Shown here piece after piece: positions 19,131-29,060 of a stretch of DNA of 64,000 nt; position 1 is the stretch's first letter, and each line of letters opens with the position of its first letter. This stretch comes from Candidatus Zixiibacteriota bacterium. GTDB taxonomy: Bacteria > Zixibacteria > MSB-5A5 > JAABVY01 > JAHJOQ01. The stretch spans positions 81,281-145,280 of the forward strand of contig JAHJOQ010000073.1 in assembly GCA_018820315.1 (NCBI GenBank), read 5' to 3'. The translations under genes and the position numbers were made by a program. The notes under the pieces were generated by a model. The model made no database searches. It saw nothing but the letters and a program-made list of their open reading frames with translations, and was not told where the DNA came from.

Positions 19131-20197
19131 GAATACTATTGCTTGGTGACATACGACCGACACACCTGAAACGCTGGCGATCGTATTTCAAGGATGCCGG
19201 ACATGACGTCATGACAATCTCTCTCGAAGAGGACGTCGCTGATAGGGATTATCTCCAACTGAAGAGCAGCGTGCCGATCCAATCATTCAAGTACTATCTT
19301 GAAAGAAACAGTGTGCGACGGATCATTCTCGAGTTCAAGCCCGATATCATCAATGGTCATTTTGTACCGACGTATGGTCTTCTCGCTGTTGCGACCGACT
19401 TCAAGCCGGCAGCAGTCTCGCTATGGGGGTCAGATATCCTTGTTTCGCCACGTAAGTCGAAGCTTCATCTGGCACGTGCTCTCTGGGTATTGCGCAACTG
19501 CGATATTATTACGTCCGACAGCGAGTATATGACTCAGGAAGCCCATAAGTTGGGCAAATTCGAAACTGAGATAATCACTGAACCGATGGGGATTTCAGAA
19601 TCTGAGTTTCGGGCGCTAAGTTCGCTATCAAGAGAGAGAATTGTCGATAGGATTACTTTTCTCTCGACGCGCAGAATCGAAGCGATATACCGGGTTGATC
19701 TGCTGATAGAGGCTCTTTCTAGAGTGAGAAACGACCTTCCGCCATTCAACTGTGTGATTTGCGGGGATGGTCCTGAAAGGAAGAGAATCGAAGATTTGGC
19801 AAGGCAGTATGGACTTGATACGGTATCATTCGTGGGATGGAAGGCTGGACAAGAGTATCTGGATATGCTTGGTGGCGCGGATGTCTATGTCTCATGCTCG
19901 CGATCCGACTCGACATCTGTCTCACTTCTCGAAGCAATGGCCGGTGGATTGTTTCCGGTAGTTACGGCTATCCCCGGGAATACCGAGTGGGTAGAAGATG
20001 GAAAATCGGCACTTACGTTTCCGGATGGCGACGTCGATGCGCTTGCAGCCGCGCTGTTGAAAGCTGCGAAAAACAGGGTACTGCGAGATGATGCCGCAGC
20101 TATGAATCGAAAGACAATTGAATCGCGCGCGATCTGGGAAAAGAACATGGCCGCGATAGAAAGGGCGTTTGAAGAAGTTGTCCACCGCACCCGATAA
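19127..20197 (+). CDS. Glycosyltransferase family 4 (GT-B, Glycos_transf_1)
   Basis: The C-terminal E-x7-E region (SCSRSDSTSVSLLEAMAGGLFPVVTAIPG) is typical of GT4. GTG start overlaps the upstream stop. Confidence 0.8.
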   Translation: MRILLLGDIRPTHLKRWRSYFKDAGHDVMTISLEEDVADRDYLQLKSSVPIQSFKYYLERNSVRRIILEFKPDIINGHFVPTYGLLAVATDFKPAAVSLWGSDILVSPRKSKLHLARALWVLRNCDIITSDSEYMTQEAHKLGKFETEIITEPMGISESEFRALSSLSRERIVDRITFLSTRRIEAIYRVDLLIEALSRVRNDLPPFNCVICGDGPERKRIEDLARQYGLDTVSFVGWKAGQEYLDMLGGADVYVSCSRSDSTSVSLLEAMAGGLFPVVTAIPGNTEWVEDGKSALTFPDGDVDALAAALLKAAKNRVLRDDAAAMNRKTIESRAIWEKNMAAIERAFEEVVHRTR

Positions 20198-21443
20198 AAA
20201 TCTCCTGATAGTATCCTACTACTTCCCACCTTTCGGTATGGGAGGTGTGCAGAGAGTTGTGTCACTGACATCTCACTTGTCGCGACTGGGGTGGAATGTC
20301 AGCGTGTTGACGGTCAAACCTTCCGTATATCCTTCGCATGACAATTCCCTGATTGACAAAGTACCCAAGTCGGTGAGAATCTTCCGCGCGGCGCCGTTCG
20401 GCGCTGAGAAGCTGAAGAACATGTTCTCCAGAAATGATGCGAAGTCTGGCGCAGAGCTGACTCATACGGGAACAGAGTTAGCCCGGTGGGCAATGCTTCC
20501 TGACAGCAAGATTATTTCGCTTCCGAATATGTTGATGCTGCTGCCGGAGATTATGAAGCAATCCCGTCCTGCCGCTGTGCTGACGTCATCGCCACCACCG
20601 TCGATTCATCTGGTGGGGCTGCACGTCAGGAAGCATCACGGCATCAAGTGGGTGGCGGACTTTCGGGACATATGGTTTCCGCAATCATCAATCGATTTCA
20701 GGACGGAGCTCCACCGTAGGCTTCAACGGCATCTCGAACGCACTTATTTCAGGAACGCCGATGCCGCTGTCGTGGTCACTGATGGCCACCTCCAAATGCT
20801 AAGAACAAAATATGAAGGCATTGATAGCAAAGTTCGACATATCCCGAACGGTTTTGATGAATCTGACTACAAATCTGCCCCATCTATCGTCAAGCGGGGG
20901 ACATTAAAGATAGGCTACAGTGGAACACTGAATCGCCTCACCTATGTTAGCGGTCTGTTTGATGTTTTTTTCGACCTTGCCAAAGAGCGCCCCCTGACTG
21001 TGGACATCTTCGGTGTGGTGACAGCGAGTGTCACGAACGACATCAGACGAATCGACCCCGATCAGAGTGTGATCAAGCTGCATGGCTACAGGAACCATTC
21101 GGAGGCGATTGAATTCGGTCGTTCCTGTAACGTGAATTTGATAACACTTGCGCCCGACTCTCATCTTGAGGCTACCATTCCGGGGAAAACGTACGAGGTT
21201 TTGAGAATTGAGAAGCCTGCCATTGCGGCGGTCCCTCGTGAAAGCTCGGCTTGGAGACTTCTAACCAGCTTCAATGATGTGCTGATTGTTGATGCATCAA
21301 ACGTGTCTGCATCCAAAGACGATATCGCCAATCTGATCGACAGAGCAGGCAGCGATATCGGTGTACGTACTGGTATAGACGAATTCGAGTGGCACAATCT
21401 AGCCAAACGATATGACGCGCTATTGAGAGAGGTTACAGCTTAG
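20169..21443 (+). CDS. Glycosyltransferase, GT4-like (glycine-rich N-terminal loop YYFPPFGMGG)
   Basis: The LLIVSYYFPPFGMGGVQRV N-terminal motif is typical of GT-B glycosyltransferases. Non-ATG start; overlaps the upstream gene. Confidence 0.65.
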   Translation: MKKLSTAPDKNLLIVSYYFPPFGMGGVQRVVSLTSHLSRLGWNVSVLTVKPSVYPSHDNSLIDKVPKSVRIFRAAPFGAEKLKNMFSRNDAKSGAELTHTGTELARWAMLPDSKIISLPNMLMLLPEIMKQSRPAAVLTSSPPPSIHLVGLHVRKHHGIKWVADFRDIWFPQSSIDFRTELHRRLQRHLERTYFRNADAAVVVTDGHLQMLRTKYEGIDSKVRHIPNGFDESDYKSAPSIVKRGTLKIGYSGTLNRLTYVSGLFDVFFDLAKERPLTVDIFGVVTASVTNDIRRIDPDQSVIKLHGYRNHSEAIEFGRSCNVNLITLAPDSHLEATIPGKTYEVLRIEKPAIAAVPRESSAWRLLTSFNDVLIVDASNVSASKDDIANLIDRAGSDIGVRTGIDEFEWHNLAKRYDALLREVTA

Positions 21444-22315
21444 TGCGAATCTCGATTATTATTCCGCTCTATCTGGGACGCGGTGTTATAGGTCGGTGTC
21501 TCGACAGCCTTATTGACTGCAGGGACGATTCCGGTTGCGAGATAATAGTAATCGACGACTGCTCACCGGACGGTGCTGGAGAATTCGTCAGTTCTGCTTA
21601 TCCCGGCATCCGGATGCTGGTGAATGAAAAGAACATTGGCTATGCGGCGAGCGTGAATCGTGGGTTGTCGACGGCTGGCGGAGAATACATCCTGCTTCTG
21701 AATCAGGATACAGTAGTCGAGACAGGCTCAGTGGTGACGCTTGTTCGCATTTTGGAAGAACGCGAAGATATCGCTGCCGTTGCGCCACAGCTATTGAATC
21801 TGGATGGATCAATCCAAAGATCGTGCCGCTTTCTTCCCGAGCATTGGGACGTGATCAGCTATCATTTGCTGCTCGCATATCTGATTCCCGAATCGCGCAT
21901 CTTCTCACGCTGGCGCATGCCAGGCTTTACGCACGATGAGGAGTTGATCGTCGAGCAACCTTCATTCTCGGCGATTTTGCTCAGGCGGTCCACTATTGAG
22001 GCTGTCGGACTTCTGGATGAGAGATTCAGAATATTCTTCAATGATGTCGATTACTGCAGAAGAATGGCAGAACATGGCGGAAAGATTCTCTTCTCGCCCG
22101 CCGCAAAAGTGACACACCAGCGTGGACAATCGACCGCTCAGATTCCACTGCGCAAGATTCTCGATGCGCATCGTGGATTTATCAGATACTTCCTCAAGCA
22201 TTACCACGGCGCTGCATACCTGCTGCCGAATCTACTGATGGCTGTCTTGCTGGTGTTTTCAGGTTTCGTCAGGATGGTGTGGCAATTGATCAGACATCCG
22301 TTTATTTCAGAATGA
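21443..22315 (+). CDS. Glycosyltransferase family 2
   Basis: ISIIIPLY...IIVIDDCSPDG...DxD (LNQDTVV) matches the GT2 GT-A fold signature. Confidence 0.85.
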   Translation: MRISIIIPLYLGRGVIGRCLDSLIDCRDDSGCEIIVIDDCSPDGAGEFVSSAYPGIRMLVNEKNIGYAASVNRGLSTAGGEYILLLNQDTVVETGSVVTLVRILEEREDIAAVAPQLLNLDGSIQRSCRFLPEHWDVISYHLLLAYLIPESRIFSRWRMPGFTHDEELIVEQPSFSAILLRRSTIEAVGLLDERFRIFFNDVDYCRRMAEHGGKILFSPAAKVTHQRGQSTAQIPLRKILDAHRGFIRYFLKHYHGAAYLLPNLLMAVLLVFSGFVRMVWQLIRHPFISE

Positions 22316-24665
22316 CCATCTTCTTCGCATCTGAGAACATGTCTGTCTTCAGTCTGTAGAAATAGACTCCACTCGGCCATCCGGCGGCGTCGAACTGTGT
22401 GATGTGAGCGCCTGCGCCCATCTGTTCGCTCAGCAGAGTTTCCTCCAACTGTCCGAGTACATTGTATATTCCAAGTTCTACGTAGGTCGCGCGAGGCAAG
22501 TCAAATGCAATCTTTGTGGTGGGATTAAACGGGTTGGGGTAGTTTTGCTTCAAACTGAAAGCTGAGGGGAGAAGTAAGTCGTCCGTATCGTCGTCAGCAT
22601 CCAGGAGCAGAGATGGGGAGAGATTCTCTTCGATGGGGACGTATCCCGGCTTGCTTACCGTCACCGTGACTGTCGTGTCGACAGTTAGCGTGAAGGCGAC
22701 TTCGATCACGCCGTCAGACCCGGTGAAGCCGTCAAAGATGATTGCTTCTTTTCCGACTACTGTCACTTGTGCTGAATCGATTGGATCGCCAATAGAATTG
22801 ACATCCAGAGAGAAGCTGTTTTCGCCGAAGTCCAACTCAGTCGGAAAGGCTGTCGATACCTGCTGGGGAATATCCGTCCAGATGCGTAGCGATGGATCTC
22901 CGTAGACGTTGAGTCCGTATACAAGATCTCTGATAGTGTGGTTGTTGGCCTTTGAGTAATTATTCGCCGGTGCGAGGCGATTGTCAAGATTGAATATGCA
23001 TTCATTGAAATCAATCGCGAATCTATATGAACTGGCTACCCATCCCCAGCGAGAATAGCCGATAAATGCTGCCGCGCCCGCCTGGGGCTGTGTCAACAGC
23101 CTTTCCGCAACACACGGATCTGTGTTTTCATACGGCGGCACATCCATATCGAACGCACCATTGTTGCATCCCACTGAGTAGATGATACCGCAACGATTCG
23201 AATTGGTTGCGTCGCACATTGTCGCGTGGCCCGGAGGGGCAGTCTCAGCCGTAAGTACGAATGACTTGGGCCATTCGTTATATGCTGCGGCTCGCGAGAC
23301 GAATCCGTTAGCCATGCCGTGTGCGAATATATATGCCAGGTTAAAACCCTCCGAAAGCTTCGATATGAAGTCCACGGCCGCGGGTGACGCCGGAGATTCG
23401 TCGGATCCCGAAGGCGCTTCCGCAAGCGACCAGGTATCGACGTCGAGATAGGCCGGAAGCTGCTCTGCCAACATAGAATCCTGACCGATATCGTGATAGT
23501 CACGCATCTGGTCAGATGCTGCTGTCAGGAGTTTGAGCGCGAATTGATCGTCACCATCACCGGGGTTTCTCTCGTATGCGATCGATTTCTCAATGAATGC
23601 AGCGACTTCAGTCGGTGTGTCCACAGGAACTCTGCCGATCATTATTTCGGGAGTGATATCGGGGGAGTCGTCGTACATCTCGCCGTAGATTCCATCTCCG
23701 TCGGCATCCCATTCACCTGTGAGATCGGCATAATAGAGATCGCATACTTGCTGCATGTCGAGAGCAATATCGGTGGATCTGTCGAGATGAAATGCGTATC
23801 TGATCGGAACGACAGTCTCATCGCCACCGAGAAGAACCCACCGAGTTCCGCCATCATACGCATCGATCAAGTAGTTTCTGATTCTTTCCGGATTGTCAAC
23901 ACCGGAACTCTGCGAGTAGATATCTTCGGTGGTGACAATTTCTGCAGAGTATCCGAGCTGCCGTTTCCATTTGATCAATGGCCGGAACGCTTCTGCCAGA
24001 TATGCAGAGGTTATGATTATGTACTCCGCCGAAAATGAAGCTGGCGAAAATGATGTGTGCGACAGCGAATCATCATCCGGAACTGCTCTGGTATCAGAGA
24101 TGCTTCTGGAAATCGACTCGAAGAGAGCTTGTTGCGCCAATCGAGATTCCTCGCATAGTTCTACAGCTGCACCGGTGATCTCTACACTGACGTCATTGTA
24201 ATACCAGAGGCGACACTCTGCAGAATCATAGGTGTAGAGTGAAACCCAGATATCGACTACGGTGATTTCATCCAGCTCCAGAGTCCCCGCTATGGCAGTG
24301 CGTGGCTGACCCTGAAAATTGAGTGGTTCCCCGGTAATTCCTGACGTGTCGAAAAATCCAACCGCGTCTGTTGTGAGATACGCTAGCTGCATCCGTTCAT
24401 CGTCGAAGTCAGATATTTCGATTGAGTCGATTGCCTTTGACGTAGCAATGATATCTGAAACATCTCCACGGCAGATAAAGCGGATTTTCCGAACCGGATA
24501 ATCACATCCGGGTATCTCATATTCCTGAGTGCTCGCGTGTGATTCGCCGTAATATGAGGTGACCTCGTCGCTGCACGAGATTGGGAACACCTCGGCCCGA
24601 ACGTCGATTGCGGTTGAAATCAGAGGCAACACCAGCAATGTAAGCGCGATCATTAGTCCCCTCAC
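22302..24665 (-). CDS. Peptidase C25 (gingipain-like) family protein with a T9SS C-terminal sorting domain
   Basis: Signal peptide and C25-like motif series (IIITS...WKRQLGY; LLGGDETVVP; IGRVPV; IFAHG; IYSVGCNNGAFD, candidate His/Cys dyad). The C-terminus KQNYPNPFNPTTKI...GVYFYRLKT is the T9SS CTD signature. Confidence 0.65.
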   Translation of the reverse strand: MRGLMIALTLLVLPLISTAIDVRAEVFPISCSDEVTSYYGESHASTQEYEIPGCDYPVRKIRFICRGDVSDIIATSKAIDSIEISDFDDERMQLAYLTTDAVGFFDTSGITGEPLNFQGQPRTAIAGTLELDEITVVDIWVSLYTYDSAECRLWYYNDVSVEITGAAVELCEESRLAQQALFESISRSISDTRAVPDDDSLSHTSFSPASFSAEYIIITSAYLAEAFRPLIKWKRQLGYSAEIVTTEDIYSQSSGVDNPERIRNYLIDAYDGGTRWVLLGGDETVVPIRYAFHLDRSTDIALDMQQVCDLYYADLTGEWDADGDGIYGEMYDDSPDITPEIMIGRVPVDTPTEVAAFIEKSIAYERNPGDGDDQFALKLLTAASDQMRDYHDIGQDSMLAEQLPAYLDVDTWSLAEAPSGSDESPASPAAVDFISKLSEGFNLAYIFAHGMANGFVSRAAAYNEWPKSFVLTAETAPPGHATMCDATNSNRCGIIYSVGCNNGAFDMDVPPYENTDPCVAERLLTQPQAGAAAFIGYSRWGWVASSYRFAIDFNECIFNLDNRLAPANNYSKANNHTIRDLVYGLNVYGDPSLRIWTDIPQQVSTAFPTELDFGENSFSLDVNSIGDPIDSAQVTVVGKEAIIFDGFTGSDGVIEVAFTLTVDTTVTVTVSKPGYVPIEENLSPSLLLDADDDTDDLLLPSAFSLKQNYPNPFNPTTKIAFDLPRATYVELGIYNVLGQLEETLLSEQMGAGAHITQFDAAGWPSGVYFYRLKTDMFSDAKKMVILK

Positions 24666-24921
24666 GGCTGACCCTTTCCCTGTTATCCAGCAGTTTAGCC
24701 GGGAATTAGAAACGCAACTGGTCTGCCAGCAGGCGTCTCATGTGATGGGTATATTGTGCGCTGGCAAGATGTTGCCAGGCAATGGTTTGCGTATGCATCT
24801 TCGTCATTCATGTCGATTGTTCCGGATTGGGACGATTTCTAAAAGCCGATAATGTGGGGAAGTCCCTACAGGACTGGAGGTAACGCAACACTCTTTTTAT
24901 ATTTTTCTCATACTTTTAAAC

Positions 24922-25001
24922 TTGACAGTAGGGCACTTCAAGAAGATATTAGCGGTGGGTTGTTAATGGGTCAAAGTGGTCGAATGTGGGGAGCTAGTGG
25001 G
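24922..25001 (+). promoter_or_regulatory. Putative mra promoter (TTGACA-17-GATATT) followed by an MraZ-type operator of 4-5 direct (G)TGGG repeats at 10-11 bp spacing
   Basis: GTGGG at ~24955, TGGG at 24967, GTGG at 24976, GTGGG at 24986 and GTGGG at 24997. mraZ starts at 25065. This architecture matches the known MraZ binding mode (direct GTGGG repeats, 10 bp spacing). Confidence 0.55.
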
Positions 25002-25064
25002 TTTAGCCTCGATTGACCCCTTAGCTCATCTGTCGGACAAACTGAGAATGAAAGCGGGAAGGCA

Positions 25065-25562
25065 ATGCCGGCCCTCAGAGACGAAACAAAAATCAGAGTC
25101 ACGGGATACAAAGGCAAGTACAGCGCAATTCTTGATGATAAGAACCGTCTAACTCTGCCGGCTCCACTCAGGAAGACTCCGCCTCGGGCAAAGTCTCGGT
25201 CAAAGAAGACGCAGGATCGGTTTGTGCTGACACGTACTCTTGATGGCGGTCTTGCGCTTTATCCTGTTTCGGAGTGGATACTGATTGAGGCGAAGTTGTC
25301 TGAGGGTCCGTTCACTCATCCTGACACCAGATATTTCAGTAGGATTTTGTATGCCTCTGCGATTGAAGTTGTCCTTGATTCACAGGGGAGGATACCTGTG
25401 TCCAAGCCTCACCAGGAGATGGCAGGAATTGCTCGTGACGTCACGGTAACCGGGCATGGGCATTTCATCGAGATTTGGAATCCGAAGCGGTACAAGCAGT
25501 ACGTGGCCGGATATGGAAAGAGTTGGGAGGATGCCGCCAGGGATCTCAACCCGGGACTATGA
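25065..25562 (+). CDS. mraZ: Transcriptional regulator MraZ
   Basis: Duplicated MraZ/SpoVT-AbrB-like halves (ILDDKNRLTLPAPLRK; DSQGRIPVSKPHQE). First gene of the dcw cluster. Confidence 0.85.
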   Translation: MPALRDETKIRVTGYKGKYSAILDDKNRLTLPAPLRKTPPRAKSRSKKTQDRFVLTRTLDGGLALYPVSEWILIEAKLSEGPFTHPDTRYFSRILYASAIEVVLDSQGRIPVSKPHQEMAGIARDVTVTGHGHFIEIWNPKRYKQYVAGYGKSWEDAARDLNPGL

Positions 25563-26485
25563 GCGAGATATTACACTTGCCGGTACTGGTCGAGCGAGTT
25601 CTGGAACTCCTCTTAACGAATCGATCAGGACGGTATCTGGATGGGACTTGCGGACTTGGTGGTCATGCTGAATCGATACTGAAGGAACTCACTGACGAGG
25701 GAAAGCTCATCTGCATCGACAGGGACGTTAAAATGCTTCAAGTTGCCAGGAATAGACTGCAGGAACATTCGGATCGCGTGAGTTTTCATCACGCCTCATA
25801 CGATCAAGCTGGCAATGTCTCCGAAGTCAAGAACAGTACGCTGGACGGGATTTTGCTTGACCTTGGGATATGTTCCGCACAGCTTGACGATGATGTTCGT
25901 GGTTTCAGCTATCGTTTTGATGCTCCTCTCGACATGCGTTTTGATCAGCAGTCGGGTACGACCGCCGAAGAGTATGTCAACTCGGTCTCGTCAGAAGAAC
26001 TCTCAACCATACTCCGATCCTATGGTGATTTTGTCAATCCCCGGAAAATAGTTGAACGGATAATATCGCGCCGTAAGCAGTCTCCTCTTCGCAGTGTGGG
26101 CGATTTAGTATCGTGCGTGGAGGATCTGTTTCCGAGAAAACAGAAGAACAAGCTCACGGCGAGATTACTGCAGTGTGTGAGAATTGCCGTCAATGGGGAG
26201 TTGGATAAGCTCGACAGAGCTCTTCCCACGCTGGTTGAATTTCTTAAACCGGGTGGACGGCTCGCTGTGATTTCATACCACAGCCAGGAAGACAGAAGAA
26301 TAAAGAGGTTTATCAGGCAGTCAAGCAGAGATTCGGGTTTGCCGCCTGAAATAGAGGCCTGTATGAAGGGCATAGGCCTCACCTTGCGCTCGGTCACACG
26401 GAGGGCGGTGAAAGCCGCCGACAAAGAGGTTCGCGTGAACCCGCGGGCGCGCAGCGCTCGTCTCCGTGTGGCGGAGAGAGTGTAA
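25560..26485 (+). CDS. rsmH: 16S rRNA (cytosine1402-N4)-methyltransferase
   Basis: HLPVLVERVLELL...YLDGTCGLGGHAE...FHHASY are MraW motifs. The start at ATG ~25560 overlaps the mraZ stop. Confidence 0.9.
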
Positions 26486-26505
26486 TCTTCATAGTAATGG
26501 TATGA

Positions 26506-26997
26506 GTGGGGGGACGCAGGTCTCCCGTAATGGGAGGCCTGCATTTCCTCGGCTGGGACATCATGGTATCGTTGGCATTTCAGGGACGATTTGCCGGACT
26601 TGTGTCCTTTGGCAAAACAATCGGAATATTGCTTCTTGTAATATTTCTTGCGGCCTCATTTGTGCTCGAGCGCTATCACATCGCGCGCGTGGCAATCGAC
26701 AGCGGACGACTTGAAGGCGAAGTCAAACAACTCCACAAAAACAAGGCGTATCTTCAATCTCAAGTTTCCCAACTTGAGTCGCTCGATCATGTCGGTTCAG
26801 TCGCAGCCGAGAAATTCGGACTCGGCATCCCGCATCCCGATCAAATAGCCTGGCTCACAGATTCGGTCTTGGGTTCCTCACAAGGCCGGTCTGTCCTGAC
26901 GAGAGCCATAAACCGCATCGGCTATCTGTACGCGGGTTTGAAGGTGCCATCAGTCGTGCGTTCGAGCGCGGCCGCAAATGTGAGGACATCAGAGTGA
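26506..26997 (+). CDS. ftsL: Cell division protein FtsL (single TM plus coiled coil); start uncertain
   Basis: Lies between rsmH and ftsI. Has one TM (ILLLVIFLAASFVL) followed by a heptad-rich segment (GEVKQLHKNKAYLQSQVSQLESL). Confidence 0.6.
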   Translation: MGGRRSPVMGGLHFLGWDIMVSLAFQGRFAGLVSFGKTIGILLLVIFLAASFVLERYHIARVAIDSGRLEGEVKQLHKNKAYLQSQVSQLESLDHVGSVAAEKFGLGIPHPDQIAWLTDSVLGSSQGRSVLTRAINRIGYLYAGLKVPSVVRSSAAANVRTSE

Positions 26998-29060
26998 AGA
27001 AGCCAAAGATCTCGACCAGACGGCTGGCGCTAATGTTCGTACTCGTCACGCTAGGCTGGTGCGCGATCATGGCTCGCTTCGCTCAGGTCCAGATTCTTGA
27101 AGGCGCACGGTACGATGAACTCGTCATCAGGCAGTGCTGGGGTGAATTCGAGCTCTCCGCCAAGAGGGGCGCCATCTATGACTGCAACGAGAACCTACTA
27201 GCGTTCGACGTTCCATCAGAATCTTTCTATACATATGCTGCAGGCAGACAGCATCTCCGTGAAATAGGCAAGCGAGTTGGCTACCTGGCAGGCGATCCCG
27301 CCATGACCGAACGAATCATCATCAGGCCCGGCAAATTCAACTGGCTTGTACGCAGAGCAGATCCCAAACTCGCGGACGAAATCAAATCGTTGGATATGGA
27401 CAGCGTGCGATTTCACTCGGAATTCAAACGAACCTATCCCTACGGATCTCTTGGAATGGATCTTATTGGGCAGGTGGACGCTGATCATTCCGGCATTTCC
27501 TGTCTCGAGATTGCATACAATGGACTTCTGAAGTCCACTCCCGGTATCGCGACATTTCAAAGAGATGGCCGGGGCAAGGTCTACCGCATCTCCGATGCTC
27601 CCCTTGTGCGCCCCAAACCTGGCGCCGATCTGAAGCTGACGCTGGATTATGAATATCAGCAGATACTCGAAGAGGAGTTGAAGAAGGCCGTTTGCAAGTG
27701 GAACGCCAAATCCGGCATCGCAGTGTTCGTTGAAGTCTCGACCGGACGAATACTCGCCGCCGACTGCTATTCTCCAGTCGATGAGAATGCAGGTAGTGAA
27801 CAGATTTTTAAGACCAGGATCGTGACTGATCTGTTCGAACCTGGTTCCACTTTCAAGCTGGTCGCGTTCGCGGGAATGATCGAGGAGAAACTCTTTTCTC
27901 TCAATGATACGATGTGGGCCGGAATGGGCGAGTTTAGGTTCAACGGTCGTACTATGCATGATGACAAGAAACTGGGAACGATCACATTCAGGAGGGCGTT
28001 TGAGCTCTCCTCGAATATAGCAACCGGCAGGTTCAGCCAGACACTATCCGGAAAGCGCCTTTACAAATATGCCCGGCTTTTCGGTTTCGGTCAGCCGACC
28101 GGTACCGATCTGCCCGGTGAGCAGAGAGGGCAGCTTGCCAAGCCGAGAAGATGGAACGAGTTTTGGACGGCGCAGATATCGATAGGCCACGGGGTGTCGG
28201 TGAACGCCCTGCAGCTCGCCTCTGCATTTGCCGCGATCGCCAACGATGGTGTGCTTATGAGGCCGTATCTGGTCGAGGAGATCAGAAATGAGTCAGGCAG
28301 AGTGGAGGAGAAGTTTCAGCCGCATGCTGTCAGACGCGTTGTGTCAAAGGAGACAGCGGCGACAATGCGCGATTTGATGGGTGGCGTTGTCGACTCCGGC
28401 ACTGCACAGGTGGCCCGCATCGAAGATGTCCCGTTTTCCGGAAAAACAGGGACTGCACAGAAGCCTGATCTTGAAAATGGCGGATATTTCTGGGACAAGT
28501 ATATGGCAGGATTCGGAGGCTTCTTCCCGAGGGAAAATCCGCGAATCGCAGGAGTAGTCATAATCGACGAACCTCAAAGAGTTCACTACGGAGGCTACAC
28601 CGCAGCACCAGTGCTCGCAGAATTCGCGCGAAGAACAACCCTTCTCGAAAAAACTCGCAAGAACTGGGCGAAGGAGAATAGTAAAGCCGATGCGGCCGAC
28701 ACGCGCGTCACCGAGCGCAGCAAAGACAACAGCATTGACAACCCGGAGGAGGAGAGTCGAAGCATGGCAAGTTCAATGAGCCTTCAGGAATCACTCGCAT
28801 GGTTATCGAAGCCTTCAGAGACGCTCAGTTCCCCGTGTAACCGGCAACTGCTGAAGTGCAGAGAACAGATGCAGTCAGGCATTCTGCCGGACATGAAGGG
28901 ATTGTCTGCGCGTGACGTTGTGATTCTGCTCCAGGACCTCAATTGTAGAATTTCTGTGAGCGGCAGTGGCAGGATAGAGAGTCAGGTGCCGAGCGCAGGT
29001 TGCAGGATAGCTGACATAGAGACTGTATCGCTTGTGTGCGGATCAAATAGTGGAGGCTGA
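26994..29060 (+). CDS. ftsI: Peptidoglycan D,D-transpeptidase FtsI (PBP3)
   Basis: PBP dimerisation domain plus the transpeptidase motifs STFK (GSTFKLV), SSN (SSNIATG) and KTG (GKTGTAQK). Confidence 0.9.
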   Translation: MKKPKISTRRLALMFVLVTLGWCAIMARFAQVQILEGARYDELVIRQCWGEFELSAKRGAIYDCNENLLAFDVPSESFYTYAAGRQHLREIGKRVGYLAGDPAMTERIIIRPGKFNWLVRRADPKLADEIKSLDMDSVRFHSEFKRTYPYGSLGMDLIGQVDADHSGISCLEIAYNGLLKSTPGIATFQRDGRGKVYRISDAPLVRPKPGADLKLTLDYEYQQILEEELKKAVCKWNAKSGIAVFVEVSTGRILAADCYSPVDENAGSEQIFKTRIVTDLFEPGSTFKLVAFAGMIEEKLFSLNDTMWAGMGEFRFNGRTMHDDKKLGTITFRRAFELSSNIATGRFSQTLSGKRLYKYARLFGFGQPTGTDLPGEQRGQLAKPRRWNEFWTAQISIGHGVSVNALQLASAFAAIANDGVLMRPYLVEEIRNESGRVEEKFQPHAVRRVVSKETAATMRDLMGGVVDSGTAQVARIEDVPFSGKTGTAQKPDLENGGYFWDKYMAGFGGFFPRENPRIAGVVIIDEPQRVHYGGYTAAPVLAEFARRTTLLEKTRKNWAKENSKADAADTRVTERSKDNSIDNPEEESRSMASSMSLQESLAWLSKPSETLSSPCNRQLLKCREQMQSGILPDMKGLSARDVVILLQDLNCRISVSGSGRIESQVPSAGCRIADIETVSLVCGSNSGG

